From positions 1 through 64,000 of the IMG/VR virus record IMGVR_UViG_3300031949_000016: DNA of 64,000 nt; one strand, given 5' to 3'. Position numbers and translations under genes: made by a program. Under the pieces are notes generated by a model. The model saw only the letters and a list, made by a program, of their open reading frames with translations, made no database searches and had not been told where the DNA came from. This document shows, piece by piece, positions 28,665 to 40,600 of this stretch (positions within the stretch are counted from its first letter, which is position 1; each line of letters opens with the position of its first letter). Source of the DNA: a virus. Its lineage: Duplodnaviria > Caudoviricetes.

Positions 28665-31600
28665 TTATTGTAGCGCCATCTCCCGCATCACCCACTCCTC
28701 CACACTCCCATACGGCTGCCCCGCCTGATTCCACGCCGCCGTAAACTTCTTCATCGCCGAACTGTTTGGCCGTCGCCCACCGAAGATCCACGCCACCGCG
28801 ATGTTGCTCAACTCCGGCGGAATCGTATACCCCGCGTCGTACCAGTCCGAAGCGGCCGGCGTCTCGTTCTGAGCGTACATCTTCGCCGTCTCGTCCAAAT
28901 ACGGCTGCACCGCCGGATACTGACCCAGAAAACTCCGTCTCCAATCCCAATACACCTCAATCGCCGGATTGTCTTGAAGGAACTGATCACGCACGCGCAC
29001 CGCCACCGCATTCTGCATCTTCCCCGCACTCCCCACGTACCCCGCCAGTGACGGATGCTGCGCCTTCCATCGATCCACCGCATTCCAGTACGCCGTCAAC
29101 TCAGGATGCGCCGCCTTATACTGCCGCCGCTCCGTCGACCCCTTCGGCAAATCCAGATACTCGCCAATCACCTGCTCGATGTTCGGCCACTGCGCCCGCA
29201 CCAGTCCCACGAAATCCGTCACCGCCGCCGGCGCCCCAGTGAAGTCCAACTTCTCGTGGTCGAGATTGAAATACTCCGTCTGCGCATCGCTCACATTCGG
29301 CCAATTGAACATCGCCTCGCGCAGGGTGTAGTACCCCTCGATCTGCTTCGCCGTGATCGGGTCCGTCCACTCCACCGGCAGCGGCTTCACGTCCGGCCCG
29401 TTCGGGATCATCATGCCCATTGTCGCCGCCCACTGCTGCAGCGTCTCGATCGGAATCGAAGAGTACGAGCGCGTATCCTTGTTCAGGAACATCGTATCGA
29501 AATCGTTTCCGAACGCCTGTTGCACGTCCAGCCGGTAAGCGTGCGGCATGTTCGCCCACTTCTCCCACACCTTGTCGACCAGGAAATTCCGAAGCCGATC
29601 GTCCTTGTTGTCGTACAGCGCCAGCCGCGCCTCGTATTCGGGATGCTCGTTAAAGAACTTAGTAATCGACCCCGTGTCGCCGTTGTTCTGCGCCTGCCAC
29701 GCCGCGCTGTACAGCAGCCCCAACTCGCGTTGCTTCTTCTCGCCTTCGGGATAGACGCCGACCGCCGATCCGAACAAGCCTCCGAAGCCCGTCTGCCAGA
29801 AATTCATCGTCGCCTCGCGCGCCACCGCAATGTCGAACGCCTGCCCCTTGCGCTCGATCATCGCCGTCCGCGCCTCGTCTGCACTGATCAACCCGTCGGC
29901 CGCCATATTGCTGATCTCTCGATCGATCCGGTAATCCGACCATTGATCGAACACCGGCAGCCCCAGCGTCCTCGTCACCCCATTCACCAAATTGTCGCCT
30001 ACGCCCAGCGCATTGCTCACCGCCCGCGCGTATCGCGTCAACGGCACCGGCGAGTTCCGTTCGGGATGTCCATTCAACTGGTTGTACGCCATCGACAACG
30101 GCAGGTGGGGCGACAACACCGAGAACGCCAGGTCAACCCCGTCGACGTCGAGATTCGGATCCTGCTTCTTCGCCTCGGCGATCGCCGACTCCCACAACGT
30201 CCCGCTGTGGCTCTCCAACGCAGACCGCACTTGGTCGGCGTCCTGCTGGTCGTCATCCTGCCAGCCCGTCAGAATCCTATCCGCCTTCGCCGTCAGCCGG
30301 CCCTCCTGCTCCGCGAACTGCTCCCACGGATAAATGAAGTTCTGGATCGGCAATCCGATCTTCATCGGGTCTATGAAGATTCCTCCCCCCATCCAGTCCG
30401 GCAAAAACGGTAGTGGAATCTTGATCCTTCCCGCCAAACGGCTCGGCGTCCCCTCGCGCGTCACCTCCGTGTTCAAAAACTTATTGATTCGGAAGTACGA
30501 CGCGACGAGGCTTGGCTTGTCGATCGAGTGCAGCGCCCACTTCATCATGGACTGGGTAGTCCAGAACTCATACGGGAACACCATCCCCAACAGCGTGTTG
30601 TACTTGTAACGCCGACTGTAGTTCAACAAAGCCGCATCGCGGAGCCACTCCCCCCACTTCATCGCGCCCAAATTCGTGTTCGACATGTTGCCGTATTGCT
30701 GGTCCAGCCAGCGATTCAGACCCAATTTAGCCGGCTCGTCCAACGTCTGGCCCGTCTTCACATACGGGCTTTGCAAACCCTCGATCATCCTGCTTTCCAG
30801 CGCATCGATCACCGGCATCGTCTGCTTCTGCCACACATCCATTGCCGCGCTCGCGTAGGGCGTCGGCATCGACCCGATCTCGTTCACGATCCCCGGGGGC
30901 AGTGGCAAACTCCCCGGCTTGATAATGGGTATCGCCGTCGTCGTCCCATTCGGATTCTCAACCGTGACTTGCTTGGGCGTCACCTGCTTCACAACCTTAT
31001 TGCCCTCGCTCGTCGGCACACTCTCGCCCTCGGCCATCTTATACAGTTCCAGCCCGCCGGTCGGCGTATCCACACCCCATAGCGCCTGCTTGCTCAACTG
31101 CCACAACGTGTCCTTCTTCGGCGCTTCGATCGCAAACATCGAAATCTGGTGTGGGTCGGCGCTCGCCTTGACTCTCGAAGCGTAGTCCCGAAGTAGTATC
31201 CCGATCTTCTTCCCGCTGCGACCCAAATCGTCCAGCGTCACCAGCACGTCCGTCTGGAACGGCGTCAAATCTTTCTCGAAGAGTTGCATCTGGCCCAGGT
31301 AGTGCGCCACCGGCGTTCCCTCCGCCCGCAGCGTCGCCAACTTATCCACACTGATCGCCAGGTCGTTGGCGATGCTAAACTCGGCATATCGGCTTCCGCT
31401 GGCAATCAATCCTTCCGCCCTGGCTACGTCACCCAAACTCGCCATCATCCCGTTGGCGATGCGCTTGATGTCGTTGTCGGTCGATTCAAAGAACACCCGC
31501 ACCAGTCGTTGCCCGGCCTCGCCCGGATAGGTCTTTGCAAACAGCGCCGCCGTCATCCGCTTGATCCCGTTCTGCGAAAGGTTGCCGGCCGCATCGACCA

Positions 31601-34600
31601 CATCGCCCCGCTCCGTCTCCGGCAGCGCATCCACGAACGCCCTGACTGCATCAATGTTCGCCGGCGACCGCAGCGCCTGCTCGATCGTCTGGCTCTCCCC
31701 GATCGTCAGACTGTTCAGGATGACGGGCGATAGAATCCGCGCATCCCGCTGCGCCAACTCGCTCGCGCTCATCGCCGCGCTCGGCGTCACATTCGCCGCG
31801 CGCGCAAACTCCATCCTCTCCGCAATGGCATCCTGAGCGGAGCGGAGCGCAGTCGAAGGACGCTCCCTCACCAGCACCGGCCTTGTCATCTGCCCCACCT
31901 GCTCCGGTGCAAACCCATACTCTCCCGCTCTGGCGATCAGTTTATCCCGATAGTCCGCATACTTCTCCGGCGCGTTGTCCGCCACCATCCGCAGCGCCAG
32001 CGTCCGCCCGTTCCCGCTCTCCACCACGCCGTCCGCGCCAACGATGGGCGCTCCACGATCGATACTCCTCACATCGTCAAGGTAAGCTGCCGACTCGAAC
32101 TTGCTCGCAATCTCCCGCACCTGCAACATGTTCACCGCGTTCGCCCGATCGCGTGGTTGCAGTTCCGGCGGATACGCCGCGTTCACGTTGCCCACGCTGT
32201 CGTGACTGGCGATCAAGTCGTCCATCTCCACCAACCGCCAGCGCAAATCGTATGTCTTCGTTGGGTCGGCCCCGCGCGCCGTCGTCGTTCCGCCCATGAA
32301 CCCCCGCCCGTTCGGCGCTGGTATCCCCATCACCGCCGCCGGCACCGGATCGCCCACCTGATACAACACCTGCCGCGGCGTCTGTTCGATCGGCGACTCC
32401 ACTTGATCGTCGGCCAAATCCTCCGCCTTCATCGACGCTTCCGTGTCGGCGTTCACGCCGTCCACCTCGGCCACCTTCTCCGCCGCCACCGTCTGCAGGT
32501 TATCCATGTACGCCTGCAACTCCGGCATCCGTACCGACAACTTCTTCCACTCATCTTCCTCTGGGAACGTCTCGCGCAGCCCGGCCTCCGCTGCCGCCAC
32601 GCTATTCCGCGCCGCCGTCGCATTACCGCTTGCGGTCTGTGAGGCGATAGTGATGTCGTCGGCAACGTTGCGATTTACAATCTGCCCGACCGTGACCGCG
32701 TTCTCTTCACCCAGCCAGAAGCCGCCCATCCGCCGGTAGATGATGGTCGGATCATCCCGAAACGCAATCTGCACATCGAACCACGGCCGATCCACAATCC
32801 GCTTGCCGTCCCGATACTCGTTCCGTCGCGCCGTAACCTTGACCTCGAAGCCGCTCGACGTGTCGCCAATCGTCCGCCACACCGCGCCCAGTTGCTTCGC
32901 GTTCTCCTCATTCATCGCCTCGAAATTCTTCTTCACGTAGGCGATCACTTCGTCGCCGGCCTCGCCTACCTTCTCGATCGCCTTCCCGTTCAGCGTCGCC
33001 CCGAACTTCTCCGCGCGCCTGGCCGCCACCTTCTCCGCCGTTGCCGCATACTCCGCCGCCTGCTTCTCGTAGAACGGGATGTCGCTCTGCGCCCGCGCCA
33101 ATCGCCGCTCGTAACTCTTCTGCCGGTCGGCAAACTCGTTGCGCGCCATCTCCAGCAGCGTGTACCGGCTCGACACGTCCACGTATTCCAGCGCGCGCGG
33201 GTCGTTCCACGTCGAGACGTAGGACATATCGAAGCCGCTCGCGCCCGCGTCCGGCGTCTCGAACGAATCGATCGTCACATCTCCGCTGAAGATCTGGTTC
33301 ATCAGCTTGGCCTTGTTGACGATCAAGTTCCAGTTGAAACTGTCGCCGGAGTTTTCCAGCATGTAGCGGTGAATCTGTACGCTCTTGTCCCACGCCTTGT
33401 GCAGGTTCCCCGGCCGCAAGATGCGACCCTCACTTTGCGTCAACTCACTCGGCTTGTACGGCACATCCACTTCATGCACCGCAAATAAGCGCCGCTGTAA
33501 GTTCACGCCCGTCCCCAGGCCCTCGTAAGTCCCGAACACGATGCGCACCTTGCCGTCGTTCACCGCCTCAAATAACTCGCGCCGTGCCGCCATCGCCTTC
33601 GCCACCGCCTTGTCACTCGCCCCGCCCAGTGGGTAGTCCTGGATGTAGGCGATCTCTTCTTTCGGCACGCCAGCCTTGATTAATTTGTCACGCACGTCGT
33701 TGTAGATGCTCAACTTCAGCCGCGCCGCCGCGCCTTCCTCCGCCGCCATCGTGTGCTCGTACACCCCGCGATTCAGGAAGATCAACTGCGCGCCGTTGTA
33801 GTCCTGCGTCTGCTTGTAAATCTCATCCACGTTCTTGACCAGCGTGTTGACCTTGCTATCGCCCGCATCGGCCGCCGCCGCGTCGTACAGCCGGATGTCC
33901 AGCGCCACGTCTTTGGCATCGTTCATAATTGTAAAGGCGTAATCCTCCGCCTTCTCGCCAGGACGCGGCGGTTTAATATTCTTCCACCGCCGTTGAAAGT
34001 CCTCGTTCAGCCTGATCTGATACTCCGTCTGCGGGATCACATGGTTGATAATGTCGAACGCGGGCCGCTCCAAACTCAGCATGTCCGCCGTCTGAATGTC
34101 TGAAAACTCGAACAGCAGCGGCAGCAGCGCCCGCCCGTTCTGGTATTCTCGGAATCGGTTGACGCGCGTCCAGGCCCCGCCTGTCGCGCTGCGTTCCGGC
34201 CGGCCGTAGATGTTCGCAAACATCGCCGCCCACGCATTGAACGACTCAATGCCCATCGCCTTCAAGCGGTCGCTGTACAGGTACTTCATCATCGTGTACA
34301 GTTCGCTGCCGCTGTTGCTGAGCGGCGTACCGGTCGCAAACGTGCTGCCCCCGCCCCGGCTCTGCAGGTACTTCAACTTCATATACAGGTCTTCGGCCCG
34401 CTGGCTGCTCTTGCCGGTGCTGCCCAGCCCGCGCACGTGCGTCGCCATGTTCGTGTCGATCGGCAAATTCTTGAACTTGTGCGCCTCGTCCACAAACATC
34501 TGGTCCACGCCCAAATCTTCAAACGTCAAGCCCCGATCGCGCCGCGCCTCCAACTTCAAGAACTGCTCCTCGACCTTCGCCTCTTTCCGGGCGATCGCCT

Positions 34601-37600
34601 TCTCCTTCTCCTTGACGGTCTTCCCTTTCTTCCTGGAAACACGCGCCTCTTTCGCCGCTTGTTCGGCCGCCGCCTTCTCCGGCGTGCGCAGTTGTTCCCC
34701 CTCCTTCTCGATCTGATTTTTCAATCTCCGGATCGACCGATCGAGCGCTGGGTCTTGCTGCCGCAGGTCTCGCTCACTTCCGTAACTCGCCGCCTGATCG
34801 TTTAACTCGTCCAGCAATATCTTCAGGCTGTCGATCCGCTCCTGCTTGTAGGCATTGAACGTCTCGTCGCGCACCGGAATCAGCGTAAAGGTCGAGTGCG
34901 GCACCAGCACCGCGTCATACTCACCCGCCGCGATCTTCGCCATCATCAGCGTTCGCCTCGCCTCGTCGCTGATGTCGCGCGCCGTCAGTTCCAGGATGTT
35001 GGCCGTCGGGTACATCTGGTGGAACTCTTTCGAGAAGTCGGTGTAGTTATCTTTCGGCACCACGTACATCAGGTTGTGGCGCAGCCCCATCCGCCGCTGT
35101 TCCATGCCGATCCCGATCATGATCCGCGTCTTGCCCGCGCCGACATCGTGGAACAAGCCAAAGTTGGGCGTATGCACGCCGCGCCAGATCGCCGTCAACT
35201 GTGCGTCTCGCAGCGGCTCGATCGTCTCGCTCATCCCCGGTAATCGCTGGTCGGGGTAGACCTTTCGCCCATCGTACTTCCGGTTCACGTTCGACGTAAA
35301 GGTGTCGTTGTACGTCTTCTCCAAATCGGCCCGCCGCGCCTCGTCCGTCCACACCCACTTGTCAAACTCGTTCTCGATGCGGGTGGCTACCAGTCGCGCC
35401 GCTTCTGTCTCTTTCGCATTGATGACACTAACCTCTACACCCGCGTCATTCTTGTAGGTATCCCGCACCTCGATCTTGCGCCCGCTCAGAATCGAATCCA
35501 CTAAATCAATCCCGCTGCGCCGGTTCGTGCTCCACTTCGCCGCCATCTGGTTCGATCCGCGCGCCCATTGTGGTGCCGCCATCACCCAATCGCCCGTCTC
35601 TGGAATGTAGCGCAGCCATTGAGCGCGCGTCGCGTCGTAGCCATAGTTCGCCAGATGCGCCACAAACTCCTGCACGTAGGCCGGTTTGATCCAGCCCGCG
35701 CCCAATTTCACCTTCATCTTGTCGTAGCCGATCCAAGCCGGCTGCGCCTTCTGCAATGCCGCGACGTTGCGATCGTAGTCGGGGTCGGCCTTCGCCAGCA
35801 GTTCCGCCTGCGCCAACTTCTGCCGCACGTTCCCGCTCAGGTATTCGTCGTCCGTCACCCACCCCGCTTCCGGGTCGTGATACACCAACGCCCCTAATTC
35901 GTCGGCCAAGGTCTGTACATCCTTGCCCGTCATGCGCGTCATCTGGTCGAAGTCCACGCTGCCCCTCGTCAGCAACGAGATCGCCAGCGCGTCGTGTGCA
36001 TTCTCCGCCGTCGTCGGCAACCCGCGCGGCTTGATCTTCGTCAGCAGCGTTTCCTTTTCGATCTTGCCGGTGGTCTCGTTCACCTTCTCCAATGACAACA
36101 TCAGCGGATAGTCCGGGTCATCCGCGAACAGCCGCCGATTCGATCGCTCGTTGAAGCGGCCATGCTTCTTGACGTAGGCATCATACGCCGCGTCGAGTGA
36201 TTGCTGTGCCGATCTCACATCCGTCTCTGGCCGGGCCTCGCGCAGCGCATCGATCACGTTCTGGTACGCATCCCGCACCGTCACGTAATCCGGGTATCTC
36301 GCCAATGCCTGATCCCAATCGGCCGGCTTCACATCGGCTGGCTTCTCCAAACCCTTTAGCGTCCCCTCCACCGTGTACTGCCGGATCTGCCCCTGGTCGT
36401 TCTTATAGATCGCGTTCGGCTTGCGCCGCTCGCCCGCCGCCCCGCGCTTCCGGCCAACGATCTCCGCCTCCATCTCGGTCGGCAGCAAGTGCGTCCGCGT
36501 CCGAATCACATCCTCCGGCAGCCGATCGATCGTCTCATTCAACATGCGTGGCAAATCGTCGGGGTTGTCCAGTTTCAACGTCAACTTGGCGACGGCGTTC
36601 ATATCCTTCTGGAAGTCTGTCTTACTCCGAAGACTGTATTCATCGAACCGCTTGTACATCGTGGACTCGGCGGCATTGCCGATCATCATCTCTGGATGAT
36701 CGCGGTAGTATTCGTTGATCTGGTAGACCTTCCCATCCTGGCCCGTCCAGTCCACCACCTTGAACCACTGGGTATCCGTTGGCGTGTCGCCGATCAGCCG
36801 CTTGCGCAGGAAGATCACGTCCGTCATCACCTCGGTGCCGGCATTCTGCTTAAAGGCCGTATCTGGCAATCGAATCGCCCCTACAAAATCAGCCCCGTTC
36901 GTATGCAGCCATTCGCGCACTCGTTGGCTCGTCGGCGCGTCCATCGTGAACGAACTCGTGATGAAGGCGATCATCCCGCCCGGCCGCACTTGATCCAACG
37001 CCTTGGCGAAGTAGTAGTTGTGGATCGACCCGCGCAGCCAGTGCGGGCGACTCAGAAACTCAGCATCCGCCACACCGAAGTTTCCGAACGGCACATTGGA
37101 GATTGCCAGGTCGAAGTAGTTCTTGGGCAGAGGGAGATCCTGATACGGCGAGATGTGATTGCCGGTGCCCTGATACAACTGGTTCAATATCCGGCCCGTC
37201 AGCGTGTCCATCTCGACCGTTACGACTTTTGACTTGGCGAACAGTTCCGGCGGCATCGCGCCGATGAAGTGGCCCACGCCGGCCGCCGGTTCGAGTACCT
37301 TGCCGCCGTCGTAGCCCATCCGCTGCACCGCCTGCCACATCCCGCTGATGACATCGAACGAGGTGTAGTGCGCGTTCGTCGTGCTGGCCCTGGCCGCGGC
37401 GTATTCCTCCGGCGTCAACAGATCCTTGACTTCGGTGTATTGGTCATACCACTCGTTATTTAGATCGCGGCGTGTCTTGTAGTCCCAGTGGGTTCGCGCA
37501 GCGTTCTTGTTGTCGAAGACCTCGGCCAATCCACCCCAGCCGACGTAGCGCACCAGCACCTCTTGTTCTTCGGGTGTGGCCTTGCGCCCTTCCGCCTCAA

Positions 37601-40600
37601 GTTGTTTCAATAAGCGAATGGCTTCGATGTTTTCGCGGTACTTCGTCTTCTTCCCGCCCGCGCCGAGGTGATCGGATGCGGTGATGTGGTAGTTGTTGCC
37701 GGTCGCCGCCTGCGGGGTATTGCGGGCGTGCACGACCGGCGGCAGGGTTGCCCCCTCTCCCTCATAGGGAGAGGGCTGGGGTGAGGGTGCTACTCGCTCA
37801 GGCTCGGCTCCGGCAACTCCTCCGGCTCCGGCGCGTCTTCCAGCGGCCAGTCCGCCTTCACCAACTCCAGCGCCTGGTCGTAACTCCGTCCCTGGCTCAT
37901 TAACTCCGCCAACTGGTCCTTCGACCGCTGCGCCAGGCTCGACACCAACGGCAGCAATTGGCCGTCCTGCTCCCACTGGTCCACCACCTCCGGCCGGTGG
38001 AACCACCACATTTCCAATATCTCCTGGCCGAACGGGGATAGCCTCCGGTATAAGTCCTGCAACTTCGGTGGTAGTGGGTTCCAATCGTTGAGCATTGATG
38101 ACCCCCTCAAATTCCTTACGGTAGCTGTCGATCACCTTACGACGGAAGCCGCCCATCTGCTGCTGGCCGACTTCGGTGAAGTCACCCGCCGTCGCCGGCT
38201 TCCAACTGCCCGTCGCCCGATACTCGACTAAGGGCGAACTCGTCCAGTTCCCGACCGGCATCTCGTCTTCCCACCGCTTCACGCGCATGATGTCGTTCTT
38301 CGCGCGGATGTAGGCGGGGCGTTCCGTAACAATTATATCACCGCTCGGCGTCACCTCACCGGTCAAATGTGTGACAGTTTCCTGAACAGGTACAGCCTCT
38401 GTTGTTACATGGGTAAGTTCATCTTCGTTAAATGAATAGGTTCGCTCCGCTAGATTCAGACCTTTCGGTTCGACCATGACGCGCCCATTGTCCGCGTATC
38501 CAGTCACGACATACGATTCCATAGCGCCACGATTAACAACATCACCAACATTAAACTTATGTGCTACTGGAACCGCCGCCGCCTCATTCAATTGCCCGGC
38601 CACCCGTTCCGCCTCAGCCTGTGTCACATCCTGAATAAATGATCCACCCTGCTCACGATCTAGAACAGCGTATAGCCTTGTCCGAGAATTACGCACCACC
38701 TCATAGCGTGCCGCCACCGGCACAGCCTCCGCCTCAGTGATCAGTCGATCCTTATTGACCACCCTCTGAATCGCGGCCGATAATTCCTTAGAGGTATCAA
38801 CCCGTGACGTACTCACGTCGCCCTTGCGCGTGTCGTAGGTCATGTATACACGCTCGCCCGACCTTGACCGTGTATCGTGATAAACCCTAAGATACCCGCT
38901 GTCTGATACGTAATCTTCATTGAACCACTCCGGCGGCTTGAATGCCGGCGCAACTCCCTCTCCAAGCAAGGGAGAGGGCTGGGGTGAGGGTGAAACCTCT
39001 TCCAGTTTCGGCGTCTCCTTCAGGAAATATTGTGCCTGCTCGACCAGCTTCTCATTCGGCATCGCCAATAACTTATCGTAGAACTCGCCCACGTCCTTAT
39101 TCTGCCGAGCCATGTGACGGGCGATCAACTCCTCGCGCGTGTCGACCAGCGTGCCATACGTCTGTCCCTCTGGACTTCGATACGCAAAACCGTCCACCCG
39201 CCACTCACTTGTGCCCTCTACCCCCCTTGGAAAGAAATCATTCCGATACCAGTTACCATCATCACCCTTACGGGATGTTACTTCGACAATATCCGGCGCC
39301 CGTGCCCGTGTACTATCCGCAATCCTACGCGCGATGTTCTCGCGTCCGGCCATCACTCCCTCGCCCCCGAAGGCCCCAGTTCTTGCGGGGTAGGGAGAGG
39401 GTTGGGGTGAGGGTACAACTTCCGCCGGCGTCACCGGCCTCGGCTCCACCATCTCCACCCGCTCTAACGGCACATTCTCAATCCGGCCAATCGGAACACC
39501 CCGCACCGCCACGATCTGATCGACGTTGACCGATACGTATGTGTCAGTACCGTACACGTTCAAATCAATCGTGCCCGTCAATTCCTTGCCGTCTCTCGTC
39601 GTCCACTTTACCCGATCGCCCTTCTGAAACGCCGTCTGCGCCACATGCCTGGGCGTCACCTGGTCAGGCAGTACCGCCCCCCGCCCCGCATCCAGGAACT
39701 TCTGCACCTCCGCCACATCAGCACTTACCACTTCCAATTTACCACTTACTTCTCCCCCTTCCACCACCCCCGCGAACTTCTTCGCCGCCGCGATCGTCCG
39801 CTCGCTCTGCTTTGCCCACCACAACTTTTGCGGCTGGCTCCATCGGAATCCCGCTGCGTGCAATTCGTCCAGCGTCGCCTGATCCGGCTTGTCGTCAAAG
39901 ATGATCTCGACGCCACTCTTCGCCTTGTTGTACTGCATCCGCACACCCGTCGCCGTCGCCACCGGATTGATCTGATCCGCCGCATTCACCACCGGATCGG
40001 GTGTGATGTACTTCGCCGCCTCCTCTGGATTCTGTGCCGTCCACTCAGCAATCACGCGCCGCGCCTCAGCCGCCGACTTCTCGTAACCCTCTGCCTTGCG
40101 GATGTCCTCCGCTCGTGGGACTGGCGTTCGCCGTCGCCGTGCGCTGTCACGCGCGCTGCGGGCCTTCTTGAGATCGTATTGAATGATGCGCTCAAAATCC
40201 GCTGGATCGTGGGGCGTGCCATTCACTTCCGGCCACCTCACCACCGCCGGCGCTTCCCCAACCTCGTGCTGCAACTCGCCCATCCGTGCCGATACATCCG
40301 TCCCAACATCCGTCTTAACCCGCACGTACACACTCTGCCCGGCGTCCGTCCCGTATATCGACTGCCATTGCAACGTATCCACGCTCGAAATAACGCCGTG
40401 CTTCCCGTCCTGCAAGGAAACCCGATCGCCCACCTTAAACGCCTCATCGGGTGGATTCACCACGTCGGCGTGTACAGCCTCAGTCACTTCCACTCGATCG
40501 CCGCTGGGCTGGATCAACTCCTCACCCACCTCCGCCGGCGAGACGCGCGTCTCCGGCTGGCTTGGCGCATACTCGACTTCCTTCGATTGCTTGATGTATC

